Shown: positions 30,423 to 39,372, numbered from the stretch's first letter. The stretch is DNA of 64,000 bases from an uncultured Acidobacteriota bacterium (GCA_963720545.1 OY970399.1:1952001-2016000), one strand, 5' to 3'. Numbers and translations: made by a program. Notes: generated by a model from the sequence alone, not told the origin.

Positions 30423-31354
30423 CCCCTCTAATCAGATATCACCAAGTATCGGCGGCCGCTTTGTCGTTGTTCCTGCTCGCCGTTCCCCATAGTGCCAGCA
30501 GCGCTGCCGCAAGCGCTCAGTTCCAGATGACCATCGACGGCGGACACGCGTTCCTCAAGAACGGTTCCCAGCTGGTGGCGGGGACGGTGAAATACCCGGA
30601 TTCCACCACGGCAACTACCTGTATCTCGAAGAGGGCGACGCCGCAGCGATCGCGGGCGTGAAGTACATCGAGCCATCCGTGAAACCAGTAAACGGAATCG
30701 ACGTGCGGTACTGGTCGATCGAGGGCTACAAGGTCACGATTTGTCCCGATGGCGACTGCTCCTCAACTGCGGAGGTGACACTGCCGGCTGACACGCCGGA
30801 AAAAATGGCCTGCGCTCCTGGCGAAAACATGGACAACCTGTTGTACATCCCCTCGATGTAGAAGCTCAACCCGGGCAAGCCGCCCAAGGCCGACTGGCCC
30901 ACGAAGCTCTCGGCGCAAGTTCGTGTTGCAGGCGGGAGCACTCAAGATCGCCAACAGGTACGGTTGCTTTGCGTTCGTGGACCGAAACGGCAAGGAAGTC
31001 ATCCCTCGCCAACCCTTGGCCAGCAACATGGCGATTCTCTACAGCCTGCCTCTATCGAGCTACGTCGAGGTCCGTCTCGAGCCGCTCCCGGGCAGCGGCA
31101 AGGAGCCCACCGGCATTCGCATGACCCAGAAGAACGGGGCAATCACCACCACACTGACAACAGTCGTGCCGGGAACACCGCCGGACCCGCCACTGAAAGA
31201 CGGTGAGGAAGTCGTGCACTTCAAGATGTTTTACGAGCTGAATGGGGTGCCACCACGCGAACAAGTGCGCCTGATTTACCACCCGGTGCCCGGAGCCGCT
31301 GGGCGGCCAGCCAGGCCCGGCAGCGTATGCCCGCCAGCTCGCTTCTTCCGCTGA
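30419..31354 (+). pseudogene. Secreted hypothetical protein, interrupted (frameshift ~30600, in-frame TAG 30859-30861, frameshift ~30915)
   Basis: Signal peptide (AAALSLFLLAVPHSASS); fragments 30419.., 30658..30861 and 30923..31354 join into one Cys-containing reading ending VHFKMFYEL...GSVCPPARFFR. Confidence 0.6.
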
Positions 31355-31364
31355 TCCACTGACG

Positions 31365-34300
31365 TCAGCGAGCGTCTCGTTGCGCCGACGCCACGAACAG
31401 GCCGGCCCACGAGTGCCACGGCGCCCCCGCGTTGAGAAGCTCGAGTTGCGCTTGGCGCAACGCGTCGGCTGCCGAATGGCCCGCACGGTAGGAGTTGTGA
31501 AACCGGACCGAGAGGTCGCGCGCGTTCCGGTCCTCGAGTTTCCACAAGGAGCCGATGACCGCGGGCACGCCCGCGATCAGGAAGGGCCGAGCCAGCGTGA
31601 TCGGCCCTTCGCCGCGCAGGAGCGTGCCGACACCGGTCTCGCAACTGCTCAGGACGACGAGGCGGACACGACGCAGGTCGAGCCTCCCGAGCTGCTCGAG
31701 ATCGACCTGGTCGGTGCCGTCGCCAAGGATGAGCCGCGACCGCCAGGGTGAAATGTCGTTCACCCTGGCGTGGCCGGCGAAGTGAAAAATGTCGGCGCCA
31801 CCCATCGCCAGCCGCAGTCGCGCACTGCTGCTGTGCCCGGGCTCTATCAGCGTGCTGCGTGGATACAGGGCGGGCAATTTCATGGAGTTCGCGCGAAGAC
31901 TCGGGCAGGTCGGCCGTACCGCCGACGAGCAACGGCATCGGCGGGGATTGCCGGCGGGCAAGCCCCGACTTCGCGACCGATTGGTAGTAAGCGGCGCTCG
32001 GGATGGTGGAGACCACGTGGGTCTCGATCAGGTGGCGGCCGCTGCGGCGATCCTGCAGCGCGGCAAAGGGTACGGTCCCAATCAGCCGATCGGGAACGAT
32101 GATCAGGTTCGCGTCGTCGTCGAACAACTGCCGCTCCGGAAGGAGCAACCGCGAAAGCGCTGCCAGGGCATGGCGGATCGGTGGCGCTCGAATCGGCCGC
32201 GATGAGCGGAGCGTTGGTTCGGATCGCCTCCATCACGTCGGTTTCAGGCACGTCGCGAACTACCAGTTCGACCCGATGCCTGGAGATGACCCAGGTCAGC
32301 AGCCGGGCGGGAAGGGACGCATAGTAAAGGACAGCGGTTCCCTCCGGCAGCATGCTCCTGGAACTCGTCGAGACCCGTCACATGCAGGTGGCGGTGTCGA
32401 TACAGGGTGGCCTGCGACCTGCTTCGTTCGGCGACGGCGAACGCCGCCTTGCCGCCTTCCGGTTCGCGGCTGTAGCTGTCGATGAGCGCACCGTAGAGGT
32501 CTGCCGCGGTATCGACGAGGTACGCCCTGGAGTCATCGGCTTGCAGAGCGGCCAGCTGTTTTTCAACGCTCGCGATTCCCAGCACGAGTTGCCCGCGGGA
32601 CCGCGCAGGCAGCGCGGCTCGATCCAGGGCCCGCGCTGCCATGAGGTGGGTCGCAGGAACTTGTTCGGGTGAGCGCAGCGCAAAGAGCCGCAGCGCCTCG
32701 TCGAGAAGTGCCGCCGACTTCATGGGGGCTGTCTCGATCAGCGACTCGGCGCGGGTCCGCAGCACCCAGGGGGCGACAAATTCCTGCAAGGCAATGGACT
32801 CGATGTTCCGTGACACGCCTTCGGCTTCGTCGAGATCCCTTTGTGCCTCGACGTGATCGCCGAGGCGCGAGCGCAGCGACGACCTCACGACCAGGCTTTC
32901 GACGATCGTCGCGGCCGCGCCGCGCCGGCGGGCCTCGGAAACGGCTGCGTCCTGGAACAACAAGGCGCAGCGCACCAGGCCTTCGTCGGCCGCGTACTCG
33001 GCAATGTTTCGCAGCACGGTGAGGCGCCGGCGCCGGGTCAGCACCGAGGACAGGTTGTGGACCACCGCGTCGAGGCGCAGCCAGCCGTCGGCGCGGTTTC
33101 CCAACTCCCGCATCACCGCAGCCGTTGCGCTCAGAGCCGCCACGCGCTGCTCGGTTTCGCCGGTTTGCCCGAACACGACCGCGGCGCGTTGCAAGCTGCC
33201 GAGGCCCGCATCGGTGCGGCCCACCTGTCCAAGAGCGAGCCCCTGGAGCGCCAGTGCGCGGCCAAGGACCGAAGCGTAGCCGGCGCTTTCGGCATCGCGG
33301 CAAACCGCGGAGGCGCGCCGCAGGGAGCCGCGATAGTCGCCGGTCTGGTACTGGGCCACGGCCAGCTGGACGGCGGCGCGGAACCGGAACGGACTGCGCC
33401 CTTGGCGAAGTGCCGCCTCCGCGATGCGGAACTGCTCCTGAGCCAGCTCGAGTTTCGTTTCCTCGAGAAGGGTTACACCATTGGCGAAGGCGACCAGGCC
33501 GCGAGCCACGATCCGGCGCGACGGGGCGGCACTCGCGTCGAGCTGACGAACCGTGTCCGAAAGCAGCGGGTCGTGGGACGAACGGGCGATCATTCCCGCC
33601 AGGCGCTCGATGCGCGTGAGCATCGCCTCGGCGCGGCGATCGCCGGCAAGCATCGCGGTGCCCCAAAGCCCCAACAGGCGTTCCTCCATCAGGTGCTGCA
33701 AGGGCTCGGCGTTGCGGTTGACCAACTGCTGCGTCTGCGGCGCCAACTCCAACGTGCCAGCGAGCAGAGATGACTCCAGTGATTCCCACTCGCCGAGGGC
33801 GGACGTCGCGCGGTCGGACCTCGTCACCAGTTCGGCACGCCAGGCTCGATCGCCTTCGATGGCGAGCGCGTCCCGGTTCGCGCGCGCGGCCTCGTCGAAC
33901 AGCCCGAGGCGAGCAACGATGATCCCGAGATTGAAGGCCGCAGGCCGATGGCCAGGGTCGAGCTCGAGGGCTGTCAGCACCGCCTCCAGCGCGCGACACA
34001 GGGCCAGCGGTTCGTTCCTGCCGCCCGCAGTGGCCGCTTCGAACCAGGCGACTCCCAGGTCGTTCTGCACGTCGGCGTTGGCTGAAGTCGTTGCCGCGTC
34101 GAGATGAGACAGACGTGTGGCGGCAATGCCCGCGTCTCCCAGGAGCAACTCGAGCAAGGCTGCGTTCCCTGCTTCCGTTGGTTGCGAAGAGCCTGGCTCT
34201 CTTGCAACGAATGCCTGAATGGCGCCAAGCGTCGACGCGGAAAATATCTCCGCGCCGCGCGTGCCGTCGAACGGCCGGTAGCTGGCGCCCGACAGCCGCA

Positions 34301-34469
34301 GTTCAAACGGTCGGCGGTCCGCTCCCTCCAGAAAGACGCCGACGGCGGACTGCGTGCTGCTCCGACCGATCCGAACGCCCCCCGCGGAGTGAATCGTCGC
34401 AACCGCAAGCGCGGTCCCGGCCATCCAACGTCGCCGGGAGCGGGAAAGCATGAGCCGGAGGCTACCCAA
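31365..34469 (-). pseudogene. Exported TPR-CHAT (caspase-like) protease with three +1 frameshifts (~32357, ~32180, ~31872)
   Basis: TPR region in 32244..34469 (NDLGVAW, AAFNLG, AFAVAERSRS). CHAT pieces LPEGTAVLYY, LIIVPDRLIGTVPFAAL, DLPESSREL, FHFAGHA (His), VVLSSCETG (Cys), FLIAGVPAVIGSLW, AADALRQAQL, WAGL lie in successive frames. Confidence 0.8.
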
Positions 34470-34673
34470 GTTGGGAGGCGAAGGGCGTCCTGCTTCTTCG
34501 AATCGATCGTGCCGGCCCGGAAAAGAGGCGGCGGCTGTCCGTCTGTTATTTCAAAGGGATGGAAGCCCTCCCCAGGGGCGCGGTCACAGGAACCACGCTG
34601 GGCGCCATCCTCGTGTCGACTTCACCCCCGCGATTGGGTAAGAATTCCCCACCGTCGGGGGGCGCTACATCGC

Positions 34674-35600
34674 GTGAATCGGCCGTTCGCTCCGGAGACT
34701 TCTCGCCCTGGTCTCGAGCAGTTGTTCGTCGCTTCGCTCCCCGACGTCGAGGATGCCATTCGGCTGGTTGCCGGCCGCTGGCGCCTCGGCACCTCGGAAC
34801 AGGAGGACTTTGGTTCCGAGGTCAAGCTGGCACTCATCGAGGACGGCTACGACGCGCTGGCGCGCTTCGAGGGCCGTAGTTCGCTCAAGACCTACCTGGT
34901 GGTGGTGATTGAGCGCCTCTACCTCGACCGCTGCCGCAGGTTGTCCGGCCGCTGGCGGCCGTCGGCCGAAGCCGCGCGCCTCGGAGCCGCGGCGGTGATG
35001 CTCGAAACGCTGATTCACCGCGATCATCTGCCGCTTTCTGACGCGATCGAACAAGTGCGGCGCGAGCGCGGCGCGGAAACGGATGACGATGCGCTCTACA
35101 CGCTCGCGAGCCGGCTGCCGCCGCGCCAGCCGCGCGCCACCGAGACGCCGACGCCGCCCGCTGGTTTCGAACCGCGCGCGCCCGAGAGCGACTCGCCGGT
35201 CGCGAGCCTGCAGGGACGGGAGACGATCGCCCGCTGCCAGGCCGCGATCGCGGCGACCATGGCCGGTTTCGCGCCGATGGACCACCTCATCCTCCGGCTG
35301 CGCTTCGAAGACGACGTCTCGGTTGCCGACATCGCGCGCCTGCACGCTCTCGACCAGAAGGCGCTCTACCGGCGCCTCGACAAGATGATGGACGAGCTGC
35401 GCGCCGGCCTGGAACGGCACGGCGTGTCCTGGGCCGAGGTGAAGATCATGATCGAGCGCGGCCAGTGCCATCTGCGCCTGCCGGTGCGGAGGCGGACGGC
35501 GCGCACCGTGCACCACGGCTGGCGGCATCATGAGCTGCCCCCAGGCCGAAGTGCTGGCGACGTTCATCGAGGGCCGCCTCGCCGGCGCCGAACGCAATGA
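34674..35600 (+). CDS. ECF-type RNA polymerase sigma-70 factor, with an extended interdomain insert
   Basis: EQEDFGSEVKLALIEDGYDALARFEGRSSLKTYLVVVI (region 2); GRWRPSAEAARLG; LILRLRFEDDVSVADIARL...KALYRRL (region 4). The true stop may be 35533 if one base is missing near 35481. Confidence 0.85.
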   Translation: MNRPFAPETSRPGLEQLFVASLPDVEDAIRLVAGRWRLGTSEQEDFGSEVKLALIEDGYDALARFEGRSSLKTYLVVVIERLYLDRCRRLSGRWRPSAEAARLGAAAVMLETLIHRDHLPLSDAIEQVRRERGAETDDDALYTLASRLPPRQPRATETPTPPAGFEPRAPESDSPVASLQGRETIARCQAAIAATMAGFAPMDHLILRLRFEDDVSVADIARLHALDQKALYRRLDKMMDELRAGLERHGVSWAEVKIMIERGQCHLRLPVRRRTARTVHHGWRHHELPPGRSAGDVHRGPPRRRRTQ

Positions 35601-36369
35601 AACGGCCGCGCACGTTGCAAGCTGCGAGGATTGTTACGGCATCGTGCGGCGCTCGCTGCAGGAGCCGGAGGCTCGCCCGGCGCGCCGCGCCACGGAGAGC
35701 ACACCCGCCACGCGCTGGCTGTTGCCGGTCGCGGCAACGGTCGCACTCGCACTCGGCGGCTGGCAGCTCTTCGTCGCGTGGGAAGAACCGGAAACACCGC
35801 TCGACGGACTGGTGGCGGCGGTTGGCGAGCGGCGGCTGATCGAGCCGCGCCTGTCCGGCGGGTTCCGCTTTGGTCCGCTGGTGGCGGCGACGCGCGGCGG
35901 CGGTGGGCCGAACGGCTCCGACCTGAGCCTGCTCGCGGCCGCTGCGCGAGCGCAGGCTGCCGCCCACGCCGAACCGAGCGCGGCAAACCGGCGTGCCCTG
36001 GCCGCGGCGCAATTGCTGAAGGGCGACGTGGACGCTGCAGTCGCGGGCCTTGAAGCGCTCGTGAGGGAAGTGCCCGCCGACACTGCGGCAAGGAACGACC
36101 TGGCCGCGGCCTGGCTCGTGCACGGCCGCCAGCGTGGCAACGAGGCGAGCTATCGCGCCGCGCTCGACGCAGCGAACGCTGTTCTCGCCGCCGATCCAAA
36201 ATCGGCAGAGGCTCTCTTCAACAGGGCGCTGGCGCTCGAAGCCCTCGGCGACCGCGCCGCTGCCGCCGCGGCGTGGTCGGCCGTCACCGCCGACACCTCA
36301 CAGGAGCCAGGCTGGGCGGCGGTCGCCCGCGAACACGCCGCCGACCAGGGCGCGTCGTCGAACCCGTAA
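35530..36369 (+). CDS. Zinc-finger (zf-HC2) anti-sigma factor with TM and extracytoplasmic TPR domain
   Basis: CPQAEVLATFIEGRL...AHVASCEDC; TM WLLPVAATVALALGGW; TPR ARNDLAAAW, EALFNRALALEALG. Confidence 0.85.
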   Translation: MSCPQAEVLATFIEGRLAGAERNETAAHVASCEDCYGIVRRSLQEPEARPARRATESTPATRWLLPVAATVALALGGWQLFVAWEEPETPLDGLVAAVGERRLIEPRLSGGFRFGPLVAATRGGGGPNGSDLSLLAAAARAQAAAHAEPSAANRRALAAAQLLKGDVDAAVAGLEALVREVPADTAARNDLAAAWLVHGRQRGNEASYRAALDAANAVLAADPKSAEALFNRALALEALGDRAAAAAAWSAVTADTSQEPGWAAVAREHAADQGASSNP

Positions 36370-36422
36370 ACGGTCCGGCGACCGGCGAGGCGTTACACTG
36401 CGCTTAGCAAGGAGAGCCGATC

Positions 36423-36692
36423 GTGGTGCGGGCGTTCTTCGAAATCCTGTTGATCCTGTTCGTGGTGCGCCTGGTGCTGCGGTTCATCGTGCCTATGTGG
36501 CGCGCCATGAGTTCGGCGCCGCCCGAGCCGCGCGGCGGCGCCGCGGCCACCGACCTGGTGTTCGACGCGATCTGCAACACCCACGTCCCGCGCAGCATGG
36601 CTTTGCGGGCGACCGTCGATGGCCGCGACGCCTACTTCTGTTCGCCCGAATGCCGCGCCAAGGCGAACGCCAGGCTCAGTCCGGTTTCGTGA
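36423..36692 (+). CDS. Small membrane protein with YHS/TRASH metal-binding domain
   Basis: N-terminal TM; DAICNTHV...YFCSPEC; AAGGAG RBS. Confidence 0.75.
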   Translation: MVRAFFEILLILFVVRLVLRFIVPMWRAMSSAPPEPRGGAAATDLVFDAICNTHVPRSMALRATVDGRDAYFCSPECRAKANARLSPVS

Positions 36693-36750
36693 CCCTTGAC
36701 TACGAAGCCTCTAACGCGCGAGAGTTTGCACGACAATGGAGGCTATGACC

Positions 36751-37035
36751 ATGGGTGAAGCGCTGGGAATGGTGGAAACGAGGGGCCTCGTTGGGCTGAT
36801 CGAGGCGTCCGACGCCATGGTCAAGGCGGCGAAAGTCACCCTGGTGGGCTACGAGAAGATCGGCTCCGGCTACGTGACCGCCCTGGTGCGCGGCGACGTC
36901 GCCGCCGTCAAGGCCGCGACCGACGCAGGAGCCGCTGCCGCGCGCCGGGTTGGCGAACTGGTCTCGGTGCACGTCATTCCGCGTCCGCACTCGAACCTCG
37001 AGGACATCTTCCCGATCGGCAAGCAGGGCAAGTAG
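36751..37035 (+). CDS. Bacterial microcompartment hexameric shell protein BMC-H (EutM/PduA/CcmK family)
   Basis: [27 protein letters not shown]...[15 protein letters not shown]...[16 protein letters not shown]. Confidence 0.95.
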   Translation: MGEALGMVETRGLVGLIEASDAMVKAAKVTLVGYEKIGSGYVTALVRGDVAAVKAATDAGAAAARRVGELVSVHVIPRPHSNLEDIFPIGKQGK

Positions 37036-37054
37036 TCGGAAGAGCGAGCCGGCC

Positions 37055-37321
37055 ATGATCCTGGCGCGAGTCGTCGGCACGGTTGTCGCCACGCGCAAGG
37101 ACGAGAAGCTCGTCGGCGCGAAGCTGCTGGTGGTGCGTCCGGTGGATGCCGCGGGCAAGCTCGAGGGCAGCTACATCGTCGCGGTGGACACGGTGAACGC
37201 CGGCCGCGGCGACAACGTCCTCATCGTCTCCGGCTCGTCGGCGCGCATGGCTGCCGGGCAGAAGGACGCCCCGGTCGACGCGTCCATCATCGGCGTCGTC
37301 GACCAGGTGGACGTCTCCTGA
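37055..37321 (+). CDS. BMC-P pentameric vertex protein (EutN/CcmL family), copy 1
   Basis: MILARVVGTVVATRKDEKLVGAKLL...VAVDTVNAGRGD...GSSAR...PVDASIIGVVD. Confidence 0.95.
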   Translation: MILARVVGTVVATRKDEKLVGAKLLVVRPVDAAGKLEGSYIVAVDTVNAGRGDNVLIVSGSSARMAAGQKDAPVDASIIGVVDQVDVS

Positions 37322-37581
37322 TGCTGCTTGCCCGCGTCACCGGCACCGTCGTCGCCAGCCACAAGGACCCGAACCTCGAGGGCACGCGGATGCTGCTCAT
37401 CCAGCCGCTCGGCGCCGACCGCAAACCCGTGGGCCGGCAGGTGGTGGCGCTCGACGCCATCGGCGCCGGCGCAGCGGAGGAAGTCTTCTACGTGCGCGGG
37501 CGCGAGGCAGCTTTGCCGTTCCTGCCGCGCGAGGTGCCGTCCGACGCCACCGTAATCGGCATCGTCGACCCGGTGAAGTAG
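37321..37581 (+). CDS. BMC-P pentameric vertex protein (EutN/CcmL family), copy 2
   Basis: MLLARVTGTVVASHKDPNLEG...VALDAIGAG...GREA...PSDATVIGIVD. Confidence 0.95.
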   Translation: MLLARVTGTVVASHKDPNLEGTRMLLIQPLGADRKPVGRQVVALDAIGAGAAEEVFYVRGREAALPFLPREVPSDATVIGIVDPVK

Positions 37582-37587
37582 CGCGCG

Positions 37588-37875
37588 ATGCTGATCGGCC
37601 GGGTGGTCGGCGAAGTGGTCGCGACGCAGAAGAACCCGAAGCTCGAGGGCACCAAGCTGCTGCTGGTGCAGCCGCTCTCCCTGGAGGGCGAGGCGCGCGG
37701 CGCAGCGGTGATGGCGGTCGACACCGTCGACGCCGGAACCGGCGACCGGGTGCTCCTCGTCCAGGACGGCAAGGCCGCGCAGCAGGCGCTCGGCCGCGGC
37801 GCGGCAGCCGTCGATGCGGCGATCGTCGGCGTGGTGGACGAGGTACAGTTGGAGGATCCTGGCGATGGATCCTGA
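37588..37875 (+). CDS. BMC-P pentameric vertex protein (EutN/CcmL family), copy 3
   Basis: MLIGRVVGEVVATQKNPKLEG...AVDTVDAGTGDRVL...VDAAIVGVVD. Confidence 0.95.
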   Translation: MLIGRVVGEVVATQKNPKLEGTKLLLVQPLSLEGEARGAAVMAVDTVDAGTGDRVLLVQDGKAAQQALGRGAAAVDAAIVGVVDEVQLEDPGDGS

Positions 37876-38161
37876 GCGCATCCAGAAACTGACCGAAGAA
37901 GTGCTCGCACAGCTCGGCGCCGGTGCCAGCGCCGGCGAGAACCAGCACCCGCCCGATCTCGAGGCACGGGTGAGCGCGCTCGAACGCGCGGTGCTCGGCA
38001 AGTCGGCCGCTGCGGCCGAAGCACCGGCCCAACCCGCGGCGGTACAGCATCCGAGCCACTACGTCCTGCGCGTCGTCGGCGGTGTCGTGGGCGAACCCTG
38101 CATCCTCGAGCCCGACCAGCCCTGCACCCACAGCCGCCGCTGCCAGTCTCTCGGCTACTAG
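37865..38161 (+). CDS. Small BMC-associated protein with encapsulation-peptide-like N-terminal helix and Cys/His-rich C-terminus
   Basis: MDPERIQKLTEEVLAQL; DLEARVSALERAV; HPSH; CILEPDQPCTHSRRCQSLGY; overlaps BMC-P3 end, GGAGG upstream. Confidence 0.7.
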   Translation: MDPERIQKLTEEVLAQLGAGASAGENQHPPDLEARVSALERAVLGKSAAAAEAPAQPAAVQHPSHYVLRVVGGVVGEPCILEPDQPCTHSRRCQSLGY

Positions 38162-38202
38162 CGGTCCGGGGCTGGCAGCCCTGCCTCGTACAATCGCCGG
38201 CG

Positions 38203-39363
38203 ATGGAGCCGCGGGTCATCCTTCACGTGGACATGGACGCGTTCTACGCGGCGGTCGAACAGCGCGACCGTCCCGAGCTGCGCGGCAAGCCAGTCGTCAT
38301 CGGCGCCGATCCGCAGGGCGGCAGGGGCCGCGGAGTGGTGGCAACCGCATCCTACGAAGCGCGCAAGTTCGGCATCGGCAGCGCCCAACCCATCTCGCAG
38401 GCCTGGAAGAGGTGTCCGCACGCGGTGTTCCTCCCGCCCGACATGGAAAAGTACCTGGCCGCGTCGCGGCAGGTCATGCAGGTGCTGCGCGCCTTCACCG
38501 ACCTGGTCGAGCCCATCTCCATCGACGAGGCCTTCCTGGACGTGACCGGCCGGCGGCGCGCGCTGGGCGACGGCGAAACCATTGCGGCGAGCCTGAAGCA
38601 GGCGGTGTTCGCGAAAACCGGGCTGACGGCTTCGGTTGGCGTCGCCACCAGCAAGCTCGTCGCGAAGACCGCATCCGACATGCGCAAGCCAGACGGCCTG
38701 GTCGTTGTGCCGCCCGGCACCGAGGCCGCTTTCCTGGCGCCGCTGCCGGTGCGGCGGCTATGGGGCGTGGGCCCGAAGATGGAAGAGCGGCTGATCCGCG
38801 CCGGCATCCACACCATCGGCCAGCTCGCCGCCTGCGGCGCCGAGAAGCTCGCACGCCGCTTCGGCACGCACGGCCACGACCTCATCGCGCTGGCGCGCGG
38901 GCTCGACGAGCGGCCGGTCAGCGCCGCCCCTGGCGAAGCGCGCAGCGTGGGCGCCGAGCACACCTACGATGAAGACACGGCCGACCTCGGGCGGCTGCGG
39001 CAAACGCTGCTGCGCCTGGCCGACACGGTGGCGGCGCGGCTGCGCGACAGCGAGCTGCGGGCCCGCACCGTCACCCTCAAGTACCGCGACGAGACGTTTC
39101 GCACCGTGACGCGCGCGCACACCCTGGGGGAACCCACCGACACCGCGATAGCGCTGTTCGCGGCGGCATGGTCGGCTCTGCAGTCGGTGCACGGCAGGAA
39201 GAAGGTGCGGCTCGTCGGCATCTATACGTCGGGATTCGCGGTCGGCCAGCTGTCGCTGTTCGCGGCGCAGACCGATCCGCTCGACAAGGTGCGCGACGAA
39301 CTGACCCGCAAGCTCGGCCCGCAGGCGCTGGTTCGGGCCAGCTTGCTGCGCAGCCGGAAATAG
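38203..39363 (+). CDS. dinB: DNA polymerase IV
   Basis: ILHVDMDAFYAAVEQRD; SYEARKFG; SIDEAFLD; KPDG; LWGVG. Confidence 0.95.
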   Translation: MEPRVILHVDMDAFYAAVEQRDRPELRGKPVVIGADPQGGRGRGVVATASYEARKFGIGSAQPISQAWKRCPHAVFLPPDMEKYLAASRQVMQVLRAFTDLVEPISIDEAFLDVTGRRRALGDGETIAASLKQAVFAKTGLTASVGVATSKLVAKTASDMRKPDGLVVVPPGTEAAFLAPLPVRRLWGVGPKMEERLIRAGIHTIGQLAACGAEKLARRFGTHGHDLIALARGLDERPVSAAPGEARSVGAEHTYDEDTADLGRLRQTLLRLADTVAARLRDSELRARTVTLKYRDETFRTVTRAHTLGEPTDTAIALFAAAWSALQSVHGRKKVRLVGIYTSGFAVGQLSLFAAQTDPLDKVRDELTRKLGPQALVRASLLRSRK

Positions 39364-39372
39364 CGCTACCCG

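Noticed and set aside
30859..30861. In-frame TAG as pyrrolysine or programmed readthrough
   Set aside because: The same gene has two frameshifts, no pyl genes are seen, and TAG is a normal stop elsewhere in the window
30150..32360. Programmed frameshifting, phase variation or DGR as the cause of the lesions
   Set aside because: No slippery heptamers, long homopolymers or SSRs, reverse transcriptase or TR/VR pair are visible
31365..36369. Type III-E Craspase locus
   Set aside because: No gRAMP/Cas7-11, Csx30/31 or array; this CHAT has an export-like N-terminus and the partner is a zf-HC2 membrane anti-sigma
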